Below are positions 51,311 through 53,703 of a stretch of DNA of 53,703 bases, piece by piece. A program made the position numbers and the translations under genes. Origin of the DNA: Candidatus Epulonipiscium sp. (GTDB lineage: Bacteria > Bacillota > Clostridia > Lachnospirales > JAAYNZ01); the NCBI GenBank assembly GCA_012520595.1, contig JAAYNZ010000020.1, positions 1 through 53,703 of the forward strand, written 5' to 3'. The notes under the pieces were generated by a model. It was not told where the DNA came from and did not search any database. It worked only from the letters and a program-made list of their open reading frames with translations. Each line of letters opens with the position of its first letter. Position 1 is the first letter of the stretch.

Positions 51311-51345
51311 AAATACACACGCCAAAGTTGGTGTGTGTATTTTTT
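51311..51345 (+). terminator. Terminator after rnj
   Basis: aaaatacacacgccaa / ttggtgtgtgtatttt with G-U pairs, plus T tail. Confidence 0.75.
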
Positions 51346-51365
51346 GTGAACCTGCAATAAAACAA

Positions 51366-51394
51366 TTGAAGTATGGCATAAAAATGGGTATAAT
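51366..51394 (+). promoter_or_regulatory. Putative sigma-A promoter for mltG
   Basis: TTGAAG-N17-TATAAT. Confidence 0.6.
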
Positions 51395-51447
51395 ACCAAT
51401 AGGACCGTGGATACATCTTCATAGAAAGGAAGAAGGGATCTAAAGCA

Positions 51448-52518
51448 ATGAATAAAAAACAAATCTCATTCCTTAGTAAAGGAGTAATAAAATTAGGATT
51501 TTGGTTCGCAAGCTTAGTTTTAATATATGTTATTGGAAAAAAAGCCTTTTTATATACGTATAACATCACCAGGCAACCAGCTGCAGAAAATCGAATTGCT
51601 AAAGAAGTAGAGGTTCAGATTCCTAAGGGATCAACCACCAAAGAGATTGCTGATCTTTTACAAGAAAAAGGATTAATTACAAATAGTTTATGGTTCCGAA
51701 TAGAGAGCCGCATGAACAATTATGATAGTCATTTCAGATACGGAACTTTTACTCTTAACACCACCATGGATCAAGAAGAAATCATGAAAATCTTACAAAC
51801 AGGTGGAGAACAAGAAAAGGGGATTAAACTTACGATTCCAGAGGGATTTACAACCCAAGATATAGCCAAAAGAGTAGAAAGTTTAGGATTAGCAAAAGCA
51901 AGTGATTTTTTAGAATCCATTACGGATGCAGAGGAATATGGATATGATTTTATTTATCAAATTCCTAAACGTAATCATCGTTTAGAAGGATATCTCTTTC
52001 CTGCTACTTACGAAATTCGAGAAGGAGCTACTCCAAAAGAAATTGTTAGTAAAATGTTAAAGAAATTTGAACAAGTGTATACTTCTGAATATCAACAAAG
52101 GGCTGAAGAATTAGGGTATACTATGGATCAGATTATTACGATTGCTTCTATCATTGAAAAAGAAGCACGACTAGATGAAGAAAGAGCGAAAATGGCAGGT
52201 GTTATTTATAATCGGTTAAATCAAAATATGAAATTGCAAATGTGTTCTACTGTAATGTTTGTTCTTGGAAAACCAAAGGCACGGTTGTTATATAAAGACT
52301 TAGAGATTGAATCACCTTACAATACCTATCTATATGAAGATTTGCCGCCCGGTCCCATTGCCAATCCAGGAGAAGCATCGATTCGAGCAGCTTTATATCC
52401 AGAAGAGCACGACTATTTATATTTTGTAGTTGAAAATGAAGAAACGGGACAGCATCATTTTTCAAAAACAGGGGAAGAACACGAACGTGCCAAACAGAAG
52501 TATAATCAAAAATTTTAA
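51448..52518 (+). CDS. mltG: Endolytic transglycosylase MltG
   Basis: TIPEG, LEGYLFPATY, ASIIEKE, SPYNTY...LPPGPI.NPG and YLYFV motifs. Confidence 0.96.
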   Translation: MNKKQISFLSKGVIKLGFWFASLVLIYVIGKKAFLYTYNITRQPAAENRIAKEVEVQIPKGSTTKEIADLLQEKGLITNSLWFRIESRMNNYDSHFRYGTFTLNTTMDQEEIMKILQTGGEQEKGIKLTIPEGFTTQDIAKRVESLGLAKASDFLESITDAEEYGYDFIYQIPKRNHRLEGYLFPATYEIREGATPKEIVSKMLKKFEQVYTSEYQQRAEELGYTMDQIITIASIIEKEARLDEERAKMAGVIYNRLNQNMKLQMCSTVMFVLGKPKARLLYKDLEIESPYNTYLYEDLPPGPIANPGEASIRAALYPEEHDYLYFVVENEETGQHHFSKTGEEHERAKQKYNQKF

Positions 52519-52545
52519 AGACTAAAGAGAGATCTTTAGTCTTTT
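52517..52545 (+). terminator. Terminator-like hairpin after mltG
   Basis: aaagactaaaga-gaga-tctttagtcttt. Confidence 0.65.
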
Positions 52546-52594
52546 GATTGTTTTTTCCATTAATGTAGTATTGAATTATTAAGGAGTCGATAAA

Positions 52595-53272
52595 ATGAGT
52601 GAGATTACTCAAGATTATATTGTTGATTTTCTTTCAACGATTCAACCTTCCTCTAATTCATTCATTACCGCTTTAGAGAAAGAAGCCCATCGGAAAGAAA
52701 TTCCTATTATATCCTTTGAGGTAAAGGCATTACTAGAAGTTTTGCTCTCCCTTCACAAACCAACAAAGATTTTAGAAATCGGAACGGCCATAGGATATTC
52801 ATCAATTTTAATGAGCCAGTATCTTCCACAGGATGGAAAGATCATTACCATTGATCGATATCCTTATATGATCCAACAAGCAAAAGAGAACATTTTCAAG
52901 GCCCGATTAGATTCTAAAATCACTTTACTAGAAGGGGATGCAGAGGAAATCTTGCCTACCTTAGAGCCATATTTTGATATGATTTTTTTAGATGCAGCAA
53001 AAGGACAGTATCATGCTTTTCTTCCTTATTGCTTGCGTTTATTACGCCCAGGAGGATTATTGATCGCTGATAATGTGTTGCATAAAGGAATGATTGCAAA
53101 ATCCAGATATAATATTCCACGTAGACAACGAACCATTCATAAACGGTTACGAAGTTTTCTATGGGATATTCACCATCATCCCATACTTCAAACCAGTGTT
53201 TTACCTATCGGTGATGGTGTAGCGCTTTGCTATAAAAAAACAGAAGAGGAGACAAAAAATGAAAAACTATAA
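52595..53272 (+). CDS. SAM-dependent O-methyltransferase (YrrM/TrmR-like, tRNA ho5U methylation)
   Basis: LEIGTAIGYS, FLDAAKGQY and ADNVL motifs. mltG-yrrM-U32 synteny. Confidence 0.88.
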   Translation: MSEITQDYIVDFLSTIQPSSNSFITALEKEAHRKEIPIISFEVKALLEVLLSLHKPTKILEIGTAIGYSSILMSQYLPQDGKIITIDRYPYMIQQAKENIFKARLDSKITLLEGDAEEILPTLEPYFDMIFLDAAKGQYHAFLPYCLRLLRPGGLLIADNVLHKGMIAKSRYNIPRRQRTIHKRLRSFLWDIHHHPILQTSVLPIGDGVALCYKKTEEETKNEKL

Positions 53273-53703
53273 AAAACCTGAATTACTAGCTCCAGCAGGT
53301 GGTTTAGAAACATTAAAAATAGCTGTTTTATATGGGGCAGATGCAGTTTACTTAGGAGGATTTCAATATGGCTTACGAGCTAATGCAAAAAACTTTACTC
53401 AAGAACAAATGAGAGAAGGAATTCAATTTGCTCATGCTCATGGTGTAAAAGTATATATTACCGGTAATATTATTCCTCATAATATTCATTTAAAAGGAAT
53501 GGCTGAATATTTTAAAGCCATTCGAGATGCAGGGGCAGATGGCCTTATTGTAGCAGATCCTGGTGTTTTTATGATTGCTAAAGAAACGGTGCCTGACCTT
53601 CCTTTGCATATAAGTACCCAAGCTAACAATACCAACTATCAAAGTGCCCGCTTTTGGTATGAGCAGGGAGCAGAACGGATTGTTGTGGCCAGAGAGCTTT
53701 CAT
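53259..53703 (+). CDS. Peptidase U32 family protein (TrhP/YrrO-like), truncated by the window end; not in the ORF track
   Basis: My translation gives MKNYKKPELLAPAGGLETLKIAVLYGADAVYLGG...HISTQANN...RIVVAREL. Confidence 0.92.
   Translation, partial: MKNYKKPELLAPAGGLETLKIAVLYGADAVYLGGFQYGLRANAKNFTQEQMREGIQFAHAHGVKVYITGNIIPHNIHLKGMAEYFKAIRDAGADGLIVADPGVFMIAKETVPDLPLHISTQANNTNYQSARFWYEQGAERIVVARELS

Overview
This is a low-GC core-chromosome segment from a spore-forming Clostridia bacterium. Gene order resembles Lachnospirales, which is an inference. In order it carries: radC (partial), mreBCD-pbp2-minCDE-rodA-mgsA, a spoIVFA/spoIVFB-like pair, a radical SAM pair, rne/rng, L21 leader-rplU-prp-rpmA-obgE-yhbY-nadD-yqeK-rsfS, and a reverse-strand DD-carboxypeptidase. 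Next come comEA-response regulator-histidine kinase-GerMN-comEC-holA, rpsT, gpr-spoIIP-lepA-hemW, CIRCE-hrcA-grpE-dnaK-dnaJ-prmA-rsmE, an orphan CheY-like gene and iscS-thiI. The window ends with a His-less HPr paralog, an HExxH lipoprotein, mtaB-ireB-ruvX-DUF1292-fur, a reverse-strand small starch-binding protein, and rnj-mltG-O-methyltransferase-U32 (partial). I saw no CRISPR array, tRNA, rRNA or mobile element. The main finding is that the SpoIVFA-position gene is split into two frames at an in-phase G_GGA_AAG slippery heptamer directly followed by a stop codon (9853-9862). The -1 frame supplies an intact M23 domain whose first half has no start codon, so this is a candidate programmed -1 ribosomal frameshift in a sporulation gene. 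All calls come from motif recognition and synteny by eye; no database searches were run.
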